NCBI GenBank assembly: GCA_031291955.1
Contig: JARLIA010000005.1
Coordinates: 209,057-273,056, forward strand
Reading direction: 5' to 3'
From: Minisyncoccota bacterium
GTDB taxonomy: Bacteria > Patescibacteriota > Minisyncoccia > Moranbacterales > UBA2206
DNA length: 64,000 bases
Shown here: in pieces, positions 56,577-64,000 of the stretch
Layout: each line of letters opens with the position of its first letter
Position numbering within the stretch: position 1 is the stretch's first letter
The notes under the pieces: model-generated
What the model was told of the DNA's origin: nothing
Databases searched by the model: none
What the model saw: the letters and a program-made list of their open reading frames with translations, nothing else
Program-made: the position numbers and the translations under genes

Positions 56577-57914
56577 ATGGCTCCTGTTAAACCCAAAAAA
56601 CTCCGAATTCTTGAGAGACTCCTTCGTTTCTTGGCTGTTTTGATTTTGAAAAAATATAATCCTCGGATCATCGGGATTACCGGTTCGGTTGGGAAGACTT
56701 CCGCGAAAGACGCGGTCTATACTGTTTTGGCCGCCCGCTTCCGCGTCCGGAAAAACGAGAAGAACTATAACAATGAGATCGGCTTGCCGCTCACCATTAT
56801 CGGGGTGGAAGGCGGCGAAAGTTCGCTTTGGAAATGGGCTGGTGTTTTTGCCAAAGCCGCGGGCGTCATTATTTTTCCAGTCGAATATCCGGAAGTTTTG
56901 GTTTTGGAAATGGGTGCCGATCGGCCAGGCGATATCAAATATCTGACAAGCTTCATCAAATGCGAGCTGGCTATCATCACCGACATCTCCGGTAGCCACC
57001 TGGAATTTTTCGGAAGTATAGACAAAGTGGCGGAAGAAAAATGGACATTGGTGGAAAGCCTCGGAGAAAACGGAACGGCCATTGTTAACATTGACAACGC
57101 CCGGATCGCCAAACTGCGGAGTTTAAAAAAACATGAAAAAATAAATTTCCTGACGTTCGGTTTTTCTGATATGGCGGACATCCGGGCGGATGACATTTTC
57201 TATAACTATACCGGGGAAGGGAATGGTGAAGAAAAAGAGATCAAAGGAATCGGTTTCAAACTGAGCTGGAAGGGCACAAATCTGCCAGTGCGGCTCAATG
57301 GCGTTCTGGCCCGGCACGGAGTTTATGCCGCGCTCTCGGGTGTCGGCGTGGGTCTGGCGTTCAAATTCAATCTGGTGGAAATTGCCGGGGCGCTTGAAAA
57401 CTTTTCCATGTCGCCCGGAAGGCTAAATCTCATTCCCGGTGTCCGAGGTTCCATGCTGATCGACGACACTTACAATTCTTCGCCTGTTTCGGCCGAAGCG
57501 GCGCTGGAGGTTCTCAAAAATATCAAGGCCGAGCGTCGGATTGCCGTTTTAGGCGATATGCTGGAACTCGGAACTGACACTGAAGCCGGCCACCGGGCAG
57601 TCGCCCGAAAATTTCTGGAAATAAAGAAAGGAAATATTTTTTTCGCCGTCGGACCGCGGATGAAATTTGCGGCTGAGGAACTGCAAAAGTACAATATTTC
57701 TCCCGAACAGTTGTTTGTTTTTGATGATCCGATGTCCGCTGGGAAAAAATTGAAAGAAATAATCCAAAAGGGCGACCTGGTTTTAGTCAAAGGCTCGCAA
57801 GGCATGCGGATGGAAAAGGTGGTCGAAGAAGTGATGGAGCAGCCGGAAAAAGCGGTCGCTTATCTTTGCCGCCAGAACAAGACCTGGCGCGAAAAACCCT
57901 GGCGGGCTGTATAA
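56577..57914 (+). CDS. murF: UDP-MurNAc-tripeptide--D-Ala-D-Ala ligase
   Basis: GITGSVGKTSAKD Mur-ligase P-loop. Confidence 0.85.
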   Translation: MAPVKPKKLRILERLLRFLAVLILKKYNPRIIGITGSVGKTSAKDAVYTVLAARFRVRKNEKNYNNEIGLPLTIIGVEGGESSLWKWAGVFAKAAGVIIFPVEYPEVLVLEMGADRPGDIKYLTSFIKCELAIITDISGSHLEFFGSIDKVAEEKWTLVESLGENGTAIVNIDNARIAKLRSLKKHEKINFLTFGFSDMADIRADDIFYNYTGEGNGEEKEIKGIGFKLSWKGTNLPVRLNGVLARHGVYAALSGVGVGLAFKFNLVEIAGALENFSMSPGRLNLIPGVRGSMLIDDTYNSSPVSAEAALEVLKNIKAERRIAVLGDMLELGTDTEAGHRAVARKFLEIKKGNIFFAVGPRMKFAAEELQKYNISPEQLFVFDDPMSAGKKLKEIIQKGDLVLVKGSQGMRMEKVVEEVMEQPEKAVAYLCRQNKTWREKPWRAV

Positions 57915-58000
57915 TATTGACAACCGCGGCCAAATCCGCTATATTACTTGAGTAACTGGAAACCGCTTGGAAGGCGGTTTTAATCGATAAATTTACTTTT

Positions 58001-58312
58001 ATGTTGGCGATTATCAAAACAGGCGGAAAACAGTATAAAGTTTCCGAGGGGGACAAAATCAAGGTGGAAAAATTGGAAGGCGAAGAAGGAGCCAAAGTGG
58101 AATTTTCTGAAGTGCTCTTTTTGGGCGATGAAAAAGACGTGAAAGTCGGCGCGCCGCTTGTAACTGGTGCCAAAGTCGAAGGCAAGATCCTGAAAACCGC
58201 TCAAGGCAAGAAAGTGACCGGCATCAAATTCAAAGCCAAGAAGCGTTACAAGGTCAAGTTTGGCCACCGGCAGACACTTACTGAAGTAGAAATTACTAAG
58301 GTTGGAAAATAA
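58001..58312 (+). CDS. rplU: 50S ribosomal protein L21
   Basis: MLAIIKTGGKQYKVSEGDKIKVEKL. Confidence 0.85.
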   Translation: MLAIIKTGGKQYKVSEGDKIKVEKLEGEEGAKVEFSEVLFLGDEKDVKVGAPLVTGAKVEGKILKTAQGKKVTGIKFKAKKRYKVKFGHRQTLTEVEITKVGK

Positions 58313-58327
58313 CCTTCGATAGCAAAA

Positions 58328-58352
58328 AACGATCCGCGAGGGTCGTTTTTTT
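58328..58352. terminator. rho-independent terminator between rplU (+) and recR (-)
   Basis: aacgatcc-gcga-gggtcgtt followed by TTTTT. Confidence 0.5.
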
Positions 58353-58356
58353 AAAA

Positions 58357-58941
58357 TTATTTTCTATTCAAAATCGCGCTTCCCAGCGTCAGCTCATCCG
58401 CGTATTCGATGTCGCCGCCAGTTGAAAGTCCGCGCGCCAATTTAGTCACTTTGACGCCGAGCGGGTGCAAAGTTTTGGCGACATAGAGAGATGTCGCGTC
58501 GCCAACGGTTGTCGGGTTCATGGCCAGAATAACTTCTTCTGTTTTTTCGTCTCGCACTCTTTTTTCCAGCTCCGCGATCTTTAGATTATCGGTAGCGGTT
58601 TTGCCAATGCCGAGCGTTCCACCCAGAACGTGATAGAGACCGGCGTATTTTTTTGTTTTTTCGATGGCAAAAATGTCGAGCGGCTCTTCTACTACGCAGA
58701 TCGTTTTCTGGTCGCGATGCGTATTTTTGCAAATATCGCAGAGTTCACCTTCGGCCAGGTGGCCGCAACGCCGGCAATGGCGCAGATTAGTTTTCAGTTT
58801 CGCGATTGTCTCTCCGAAATCGGAGAGCGTCTCGCTATTTTGCTTGAACAAATACAAAACCAACCGCTCGGCCATCTTGGGACCGACGGAAGGTAAAGCG
58901 GCGAAGTGATCGATGAGTTTTTTGAAGGATTTGGGATACAA
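58357..58941 (-). CDS. recR: recombination protein RecR
   Basis: C4 Zn finger (CRRCGH…CDIC) plus Toprim; TTG start. Confidence 0.9.
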   Translation of the reverse strand: MYPKSFKKLIDHFAALPSVGPKMAERLVLYLFKQNSETLSDFGETIAKLKTNLRHCRRCGHLAEGELCDICKNTHRDQKTICVVEEPLDIFAIEKTKKYAGLYHVLGGTLGIGKTATDNLKIAELEKRVRDEKTEEVILAMNPTTVGDATSLYVAKTLHPLGVKVTKLARGLSTGGDIEYADELTLGSAILNRK

Positions 58942-59079
58942 TCTATGAAAAAATTTTCAATTTACAATTTTCAATTTTCAATCAATTTTCAATTTATTAA
59001 TTTACAATGGCTAAGCAATGCAAATTGAAAATTGATACTTGAAAATTTATTGTAAACTGATAATTGAAAATTAATGCAA
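58942..59079. repeat. heptad-repeat (CAATTTT/GAAAATT) element between recR and dnaB
   Basis: aattttcaatttacaattttcaattttcaatcaattttc…caaattgaaaattgatacttgaaaatttattg…gaaaattaatg. Confidence 0.5.
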
Positions 59080-60450
59080 TTATTCAGCGTGTGCTCGCTC
59101 CAAGCTCTTGAATGTTGTTGAGTTTTCTTTGAAATAGAGTGAGATGCGGCCGACCGGACCGTTCCGGTGTTTGGCGATGTGGACTTCGACGATATTTTTG
59201 TTGGGCGTGTCCGGCTTTTCACGGTCTTCGCGGTAGAGGAACATCACTACATCAGCGTCCTGTTCGATTGATCCGGATTCGCGGAGGTCGGAAAGTTTCG
59301 GAATCTGAGGGCTGCGCGATTCGACGGCCCGAGACAACTGAGAAAGAGCGAGGACTGGAATATTCAACTCCCGGGCCAGTTGTTTTAAGGCGCGGGAAAT
59401 TTCCGAGATTTCGTTGACGCGGTTGTCGCCGCCGCCTTTCCGTCCTTCCATCAGCTGGAGATAGTCGATGATGATGAGTCCGACGTTGTGTTCCGACTGG
59501 AGCCGCCGAGCCATCGTGCGCATTTCCATGACGTTGGCCGAGCCCGCGTCGTCGATGAAAATCTGGGCTTCCGAAAGGACGCCCATGGCTTCGCCGATCT
59601 TTTGGAAATCGTTGTCTCCTTCGCCGGTTTTTAATCTTCCGGTTCGGAGTCGCCAAAGATCGACGTCCGATTCGGCGGCTAGCATTCTGTCAATTAGCTG
59701 ATCACTGGACATTTCCAAAGAGAAGATGCCTACTGGCACTTTTTGCCGGGTGGCAATCTGGCGGGCGAGATCGAGCGCCAGAGTGGTTTTTCCGATGGAC
59801 GGCCGGGCAGCCAGAATGACCAGATCTGATTTTTGGAAACCGGCCAGGATGTTGTCTAAATCCGGATATCCGGTCGGAATGCCGCGGAGCTGATGGTCGC
59901 CTTTATGCAGTTCGTCAATGCGATTGAAAGCCGCTTCCAAAATGGAGCGGATCGGCACGAAATCTTGCTTGACGAATTTTTGCGAAACAGCAAAAAGTTT
60001 CTGCTCGGCTTCATCCAACACTTTCTCCACGTCTTCGTCTTCCCGATATCCCAGTTCCAGAATTTCGCTGGCCGTCTCGATGAGTTTTCGCAGCGTTGAT
60101 TTTTTCTGGACAACTTTGGCGTAGTGAGTGATGTTGGCGCTGGACGGGATGGAATTGACAAGAGAAGTGAGATAGCTCGAGCCGCCGATCGCGTCAAGTT
60201 TTTTCTTTTCTTCCAGGCGGTTGGAAAGGCTTAGAACATCAATCGGTTCCCGATGTTCATAGAGCTCGATCATGGCCTCGTAGATCAGATTGTGGGCGTC
60301 TTTATAGAAATCGCCCATACGGATGAGGTTAGCCACTTTGATGATGGCGTCCTTGTCGAGCATTAAAGCGCCGAGGACCGATTGTTCGGCTTCGATGTTT
60401 TGCGGCGGGAGGCGCAGGTTGTCGTTGGAGTTGGAAGTTTTTGTGGCCAT
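59080..60450 (-). CDS. dnaB: replicative DNA helicase DnaB
   Basis: N-terminal domain (NIEAEQSVLGALML), Walker A GARPSIGKTT, RecA-like fold. Confidence 0.9.
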   Translation of the reverse strand: MATKTSNSNDNLRLPPQNIEAEQSVLGALMLDKDAIIKVANLIRMGDFYKDAHNLIYEAMIELYEHREPIDVLSLSNRLEEKKKLDAIGGSSYLTSLVNSIPSSANITHYAKVVQKKSTLRKLIETASEILELGYREDEDVEKVLDEAEQKLFAVSQKFVKQDFVPIRSILEAAFNRIDELHKGDHQLRGIPTGYPDLDNILAGFQKSDLVILAARPSIGKTTLALDLARQIATRQKVPVGIFSLEMSSDQLIDRMLAAESDVDLWRLRTGRLKTGEGDNDFQKIGEAMGVLSEAQIFIDDAGSANVMEMRTMARRLQSEHNVGLIIIDYLQLMEGRKGGGDNRVNEISEISRALKQLARELNIPVLALSQLSRAVESRSPQIPKLSDLRESGSIEQDADVVMFLYREDREKPDTPNKNIVEVHIAKHRNGPVGRISLYFKENSTTFKSLERAHAE

Positions 60451-60796
60451 AGTCTATCCATTATATCAACTCCGAACCAAAAATCAACCTTAAGTTTTTC
60501 CCCGCGTTGTGCGGAAGTTATGCCCATTCCGATCTGTGGATAAGTGGGCAAGGGAAAGTGTGATATAATGAAAATAACGCGGACGAAATCGCGTCTAAAA
60601 ATTACGCCAATTTTGAAAAATGAGAACTATCTGCCCGAGCTCGTTTTTCCATTCGTGGAATGTAATAATGTTTTCCGTTCAAATTCAGCGCCCGATTTGA
60701 AAAGCCTTTTGGAGTGGGCTTTTTTGTTTTTAATAATAATTAAATTAAACCCGACTTTTGCAAAATTAAAATTTTTACAAAGCAAGGGTAAAAAAT

Positions 60797-61078
60797 ATGT
60801 TCTCAGATATAAATCTGCCAAATGATTTATCCGTAATCATTTTCTTCGTAATCATTTTTTTTGGAATATCGCTTATTGTTCTTAAAAGGTCTAATAATGC
60901 CCTACTGTCAGTAACAGTTTTTTCTGTGCTATGTAATCTTATTGTTCTTTTTGTAATTTCATTAAAATCTTTAATCTTTTTTACTTACAATTTGGAATGG
61001 TTTCAATATTTCTCTCTTCTTATCTGGCCTCTTTTAAATATCTATTTAATCATTAAAAATTTTCAAACAAAAAAATGA
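60797..61078 (+). CDS. small hydrophobic protein (three TM segments) in an apparently AT-rich stretch
   Basis: 93-aa ORF; may be spurious in AT-rich DNA. Confidence 0.25.
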   Translation: MFSDINLPNDLSVIIFFVIIFFGISLIVLKRSNNALLSVTVFSVLCNLIVLFVISLKSLIFFTYNLEWFQYFSLLIWPLLNIYLIIKNFQTKK

Positions 61079-63546
61079 AGAAAAATAAAAAAGTAACGAT
61101 ATTTATGATAATTTTCGTTGCTTCCTTATTGCCCGTTTCTCCAAATAATATTTTTAACAAAATATTTTCCCAAGCTAAAGTCGACAAGGGCGGAAACATA
61201 ACCGGAACGGAAGTTTGGGATCAGGATAAAACCATAGACAAAGATTATACAGTGAAAGCCGGCGCGGAACTTATCATTAAAAAAGGAGTGACAATTGATT
61301 TTTCGCAGGGAGACATAATTGTTGATGGAAAATTGCTTATCGAAGGAACGCTTGACGAACCGGTCAAAATTGAAAAGTCGCTAGGCGGCCAAGGAGGATA
61401 TACTATTGCGGCGGTCAATGTAGGAGAAATAGATGTACGTAACGCCGATGTCAGTGGTGGCGGAAGGCAGGCCTGTTTAATGATGAATGATCCAATGGTC
61501 AACACTACTTATGCCTGTAACATAACCGGTGCGGTAAGCTCACAGTCCGGTACGGTGCGCGCGGAAAATGTTTCCTTCCATGATAACGTCGTGGCCGTAT
61601 CGGTGGCCGGCCAATATCCAACGGGTTCTTCTGGAAACGTCAAAGTGAACCGTTCGGAGTTTTTGAATAACTCCCTTTATGATGTGTCCGTTTCCGCCTT
61701 GAATTCCAATTCAGATTTTAAATATAACTGGTGGGGAGACGACAGCGGGCCATCTCAACAATGCGATATTGGTTACGATTCACAACAATATTGCTATTAT
61801 GACAAGACTAAAGGCGATTTTGATTTTTCCAACTGGCGTACGCAGGAAAAATTCCACGACCCGGTGATTATCGTGCCGGGAATTTTGGGGTCATGGAAAT
61901 GGACAGACAAGGGCGATTGGCAGATGGATCCGATTTTCAAAACTTATGATTCTTTGCAAAAAACTTTTGAAGAAAACGGATACCAAGAAGGCAAGGATCT
62001 TTTCACTCTCCCATATCAGTGGCGCGCCAGCAATGCGGATACTGCTAAATTGTTGCAAGAGAAAATCAGGGAAATTACACAAAATCATACTGTTTGGCCA
62101 AAGGTAGACATATTGGCTCATTCGATGGGCGGTTTGGTAGTGAGGCAGTACATTGAATCTGCTGATTATCAGGATGATATCGATCAAGTTGTTTTGCTTG
62201 GAACGCCCAATAAGGGAGCGCCGGAAGATTATTTGGTTTGGGAAAGCGGGGGACTTCCTCCTTCTAACTCAGCTATACTTGATTGGGCTCTTGGTCTGAT
62301 AGTTTCTCAAGAGGCTCACGAAGCCGGCTTTCAAAATACTTTTGACTATCTGCACAATGAGCCGATTGCGTCGGTTCAACAATTGCTTCCGGATTATGAT
62401 TATTTGCGCGATGCGTCTTCAAATAAATTGCGTTCATATTCCAATGGCGGAGCGTATCCACAAAACAGTTTTTTGGACAATCTAAATTCTCCCGGCAACA
62501 TTAGTAAATTGGACGCGGTTTCGATTACTAATATTGTCGGAAAGCAGGACAAGAATGAAACGATAAACGAAATAAAAGTGGGAAAACCATCGAGTGATGA
62601 AAATTCCGAGTGGGCTGACGGACAGCCGATTAACAAGGGTTTAATAAATGGAAAAGGAGATGGCACCGTGCCGCTAAGCTCGGCTGAAGCCGTTCCATCG
62701 GATGAGCAAATAGAAATAAACTCGCCGCATATGAACTTGCCGGGTCAAGCGCAAGACACTGTCTACAAAATCCTGACCGGCGATTCTCCTCAAACAAAAG
62801 TGTCATATACGCCAATCAATAACACCCTTTTCTTTTTTGTTATGTCTCCCATCGACATCCAAATCATCGCGCCCTCTGGAAAATGGATTGGAAAAAATAT
62901 CAACAATTTAAACGAAGGTGACCAGATTGGAGGCGCATATTATTCCGGCGCCGATCTATCGGACGGCAGTAAGAATCCGAATGAATTCGCAACCATTCCA
63001 AATCCGGAAGACGGCGATTACACGGTTGTGACCGAGGGGACGGGAAGTGGGAACTATACGGTGGAAGTGGCCAAGATTTCGGAAGATGAGAATAATCCCG
63101 GACAAGCGACGCAAGTGTCGGCCGATATCACTGGCACGGCCATTGACGGAGATGTTGAAACGGCATCGGCGATCGTCAGTGGCGACAGCGTGACGACCGG
63201 TAGCAATGACAATACGCCGCCGGAAATCACGGCCGACATCGATACTATGCTAGCCGAAATCAAGCATTATTTCCAACTTGGTTCCATTACCAGCCGCGGC
63301 ACGGAGATAACTCTTTTAGCGCGACTGAATGCGATCAAAGTTGAAATAAAGTTACTTGATATTTTCCGGAACAAGCAATTACCTGAAAAGATAAAAGATC
63401 TGCTGGTCAAAAATCTCAAAAAAACCATCAATTGCCAGATCGCCGATCTCGAATCTCAGCTTCAAAATAATAAAAACTTCCAAAAAACCATCGACGCGGA
63501 TGTCCGCGGACTGCTGGTTGAGGATTTGGAAAGTTTGAAGATTTGA
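61075..63546 (+). CDS. large secreted protein: signal peptide + right-handed beta-helix-like repeats + alpha/beta-hydrolase lipase/esterase domain
   Basis: N-terminal signal peptide (MKKNKKVTIFMIIFVASLLPVS), N-x-repeat region (NVSFHDNVVAVSVAG…), GHSMGG-type nucleophile elbow (ILAHSMGGLVVRQY). Confidence 0.6.
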   Translation: MKKNKKVTIFMIIFVASLLPVSPNNIFNKIFSQAKVDKGGNITGTEVWDQDKTIDKDYTVKAGAELIIKKGVTIDFSQGDIIVDGKLLIEGTLDEPVKIEKSLGGQGGYTIAAVNVGEIDVRNADVSGGGRQACLMMNDPMVNTTYACNITGAVSSQSGTVRAENVSFHDNVVAVSVAGQYPTGSSGNVKVNRSEFLNNSLYDVSVSALNSNSDFKYNWWGDDSGPSQQCDIGYDSQQYCYYDKTKGDFDFSNWRTQEKFHDPVIIVPGILGSWKWTDKGDWQMDPIFKTYDSLQKTFEENGYQEGKDLFTLPYQWRASNADTAKLLQEKIREITQNHTVWPKVDILAHSMGGLVVRQYIESADYQDDIDQVVLLGTPNKGAPEDYLVWESGGLPPSNSAILDWALGLIVSQEAHEAGFQNTFDYLHNEPIASVQQLLPDYDYLRDASSNKLRSYSNGGAYPQNSFLDNLNSPGNISKLDAVSITNIVGKQDKNETINEIKVGKPSSDENSEWADGQPINKGLINGKGDGTVPLSSAEAVPSDEQIEINSPHMNLPGQAQDTVYKILTGDSPQTKVSYTPINNTLFFFVMSPIDIQIIAPSGKWIGKNINNLNEGDQIGGAYYSGADLSDGSKNPNEFATIPNPEDGDYTVVTEGTGSGNYTVEVAKISEDENNPGQATQVSADITGTAIDGDVETASAIVSGDSVTTGSNDNTPPEITADIDTMLAEIKHYFQLGSITSRGTEITLLARLNAIKVEIKLLDIFRNKQLPEKIKDLLVKNLKKTINCQIADLESQLQNNKNFQKTIDADVRGLLVEDLESLKI

Positions 63547-63759
63547 TTTTAAGGTGAAATTTGAGTGGCCTGTCCATAACCCGTCCTATTTTTGCTCCCA
63601 TGTTGCAGTACATGGGAGCAGGGGGGGGATTTGCCAAGGAGGAAGTTTGGCGCTATAGTCGAAATATACATAGGGAGGGGAGCTCCCTCTTTTTTGGGAA
63701 AAAGGGCGGGGAGCATTGTTTTTTAAAAACGCAATAATTGTCACGGAAGGAGCTAAAGT

Positions 63760-64000
63760 ATGTCTAAAGCTCGCAAGACTTATGTGATGGATACTAATGG
63801 GTTATTGCACGACTTGAGGGCGATTTTTGCTTTCGAGGGTAATGACTTGGTGATTCCTTTTTCTGTTATCGAGGAGCTGGACAATCAGAAGAAAAGGCAG
63901 GACGAAATCGGAAGAACTGCTCGGGAAGTTTCCAGGATTCTTGATGGGATGCGTGTCAGAGAGCCAGGGCGGCTCTCCGAGAAAGTCGATCTTCCCGGAG
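63760..64000 (+). CDS. PhoH-like protein, N-terminal PIN domain; 3' end lies outside the window
   Basis: YVMDTNGLLHD…VIPFSVIEELDNQKK PIN signature; GGAAGGAG RBS; runs to window end. Confidence 0.6.
   Translation, partial: MSKARKTYVMDTNGLLHDLRAIFAFEGNDLVIPFSVIEELDNQKKRQDEIGRTAREVSRILDGMRVREPGRLSEKVDLPG

Noticed and set aside
60544-60825. 93-aa ORF upstream of the small hydrophobic ORF
   Set aside because: It lies in low-complexity AT-rich sequence directly upstream of the dnaB start region, with no RBS. It is likely non-coding promoter DNA for dnaB.

Overview
This 64-kb window looks like a chromosomal segment from a small-genome, CPR/Patescibacteria-like bacterium. It is coding-dense, mostly housekeeping: parAB, rel, topA-dprA, pth, lepB, hisS, ftsA-ftsZ, nrdR-nrdD-nrdG, comEC, rnc-smc, ribosomal proteins, dnaX, typA, mraZ-rsmH-ftsL-ftsI-murF, recR and dnaB. 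Several genes are split or reduced (ComEC in two ORFs, Rel without the C-terminal regulatory tail, SMC of only 771 aa). The most unusual region is 9.97-12.67 kb. It carries a degenerate, frameshifted IS110-family recombinase gene pair sitting inside two paralogous arrays of more than 20 hairpin modules. Each hairpin has a stem closed by a conserved GAC|GA...U|GUC junction and an AT-rich loop of about 31-34 nt. Stems co-vary with compensatory changes and G-U pairs, and paralogous hairpins keep identical stems but carry completely different loops. The block runs from a possible promoter to a hairpin plus T-run, which suggests an array of programmable hairpin RNAs associated with an IS110-like (bridge-RNA-type) protein. 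Second, a ~160-bp core repeat sits in three >90% identical copies directly upstream of topA, nrdD and nrdG. Third, a separate parS-like TIR element sits in two copies, between parA/parB and next to pth. Other notable items are a sigma70-promoter-to-terminator unit encoding a candidate ~180-nt sRNA, a standalone duplicate of the NrdD glycyl-radical C-terminal module, a tRNA-Leu nested between the two halves of another tRNA-like gene, an in-frame heptad-repeat insertion in rsmH, a PhaC-like hydrolase, and an apparently AT-rich island encoding a secreted beta-helix/lipase protein. Everything was read by eye from the sequence and ORF track; no searches or folding computations were run.
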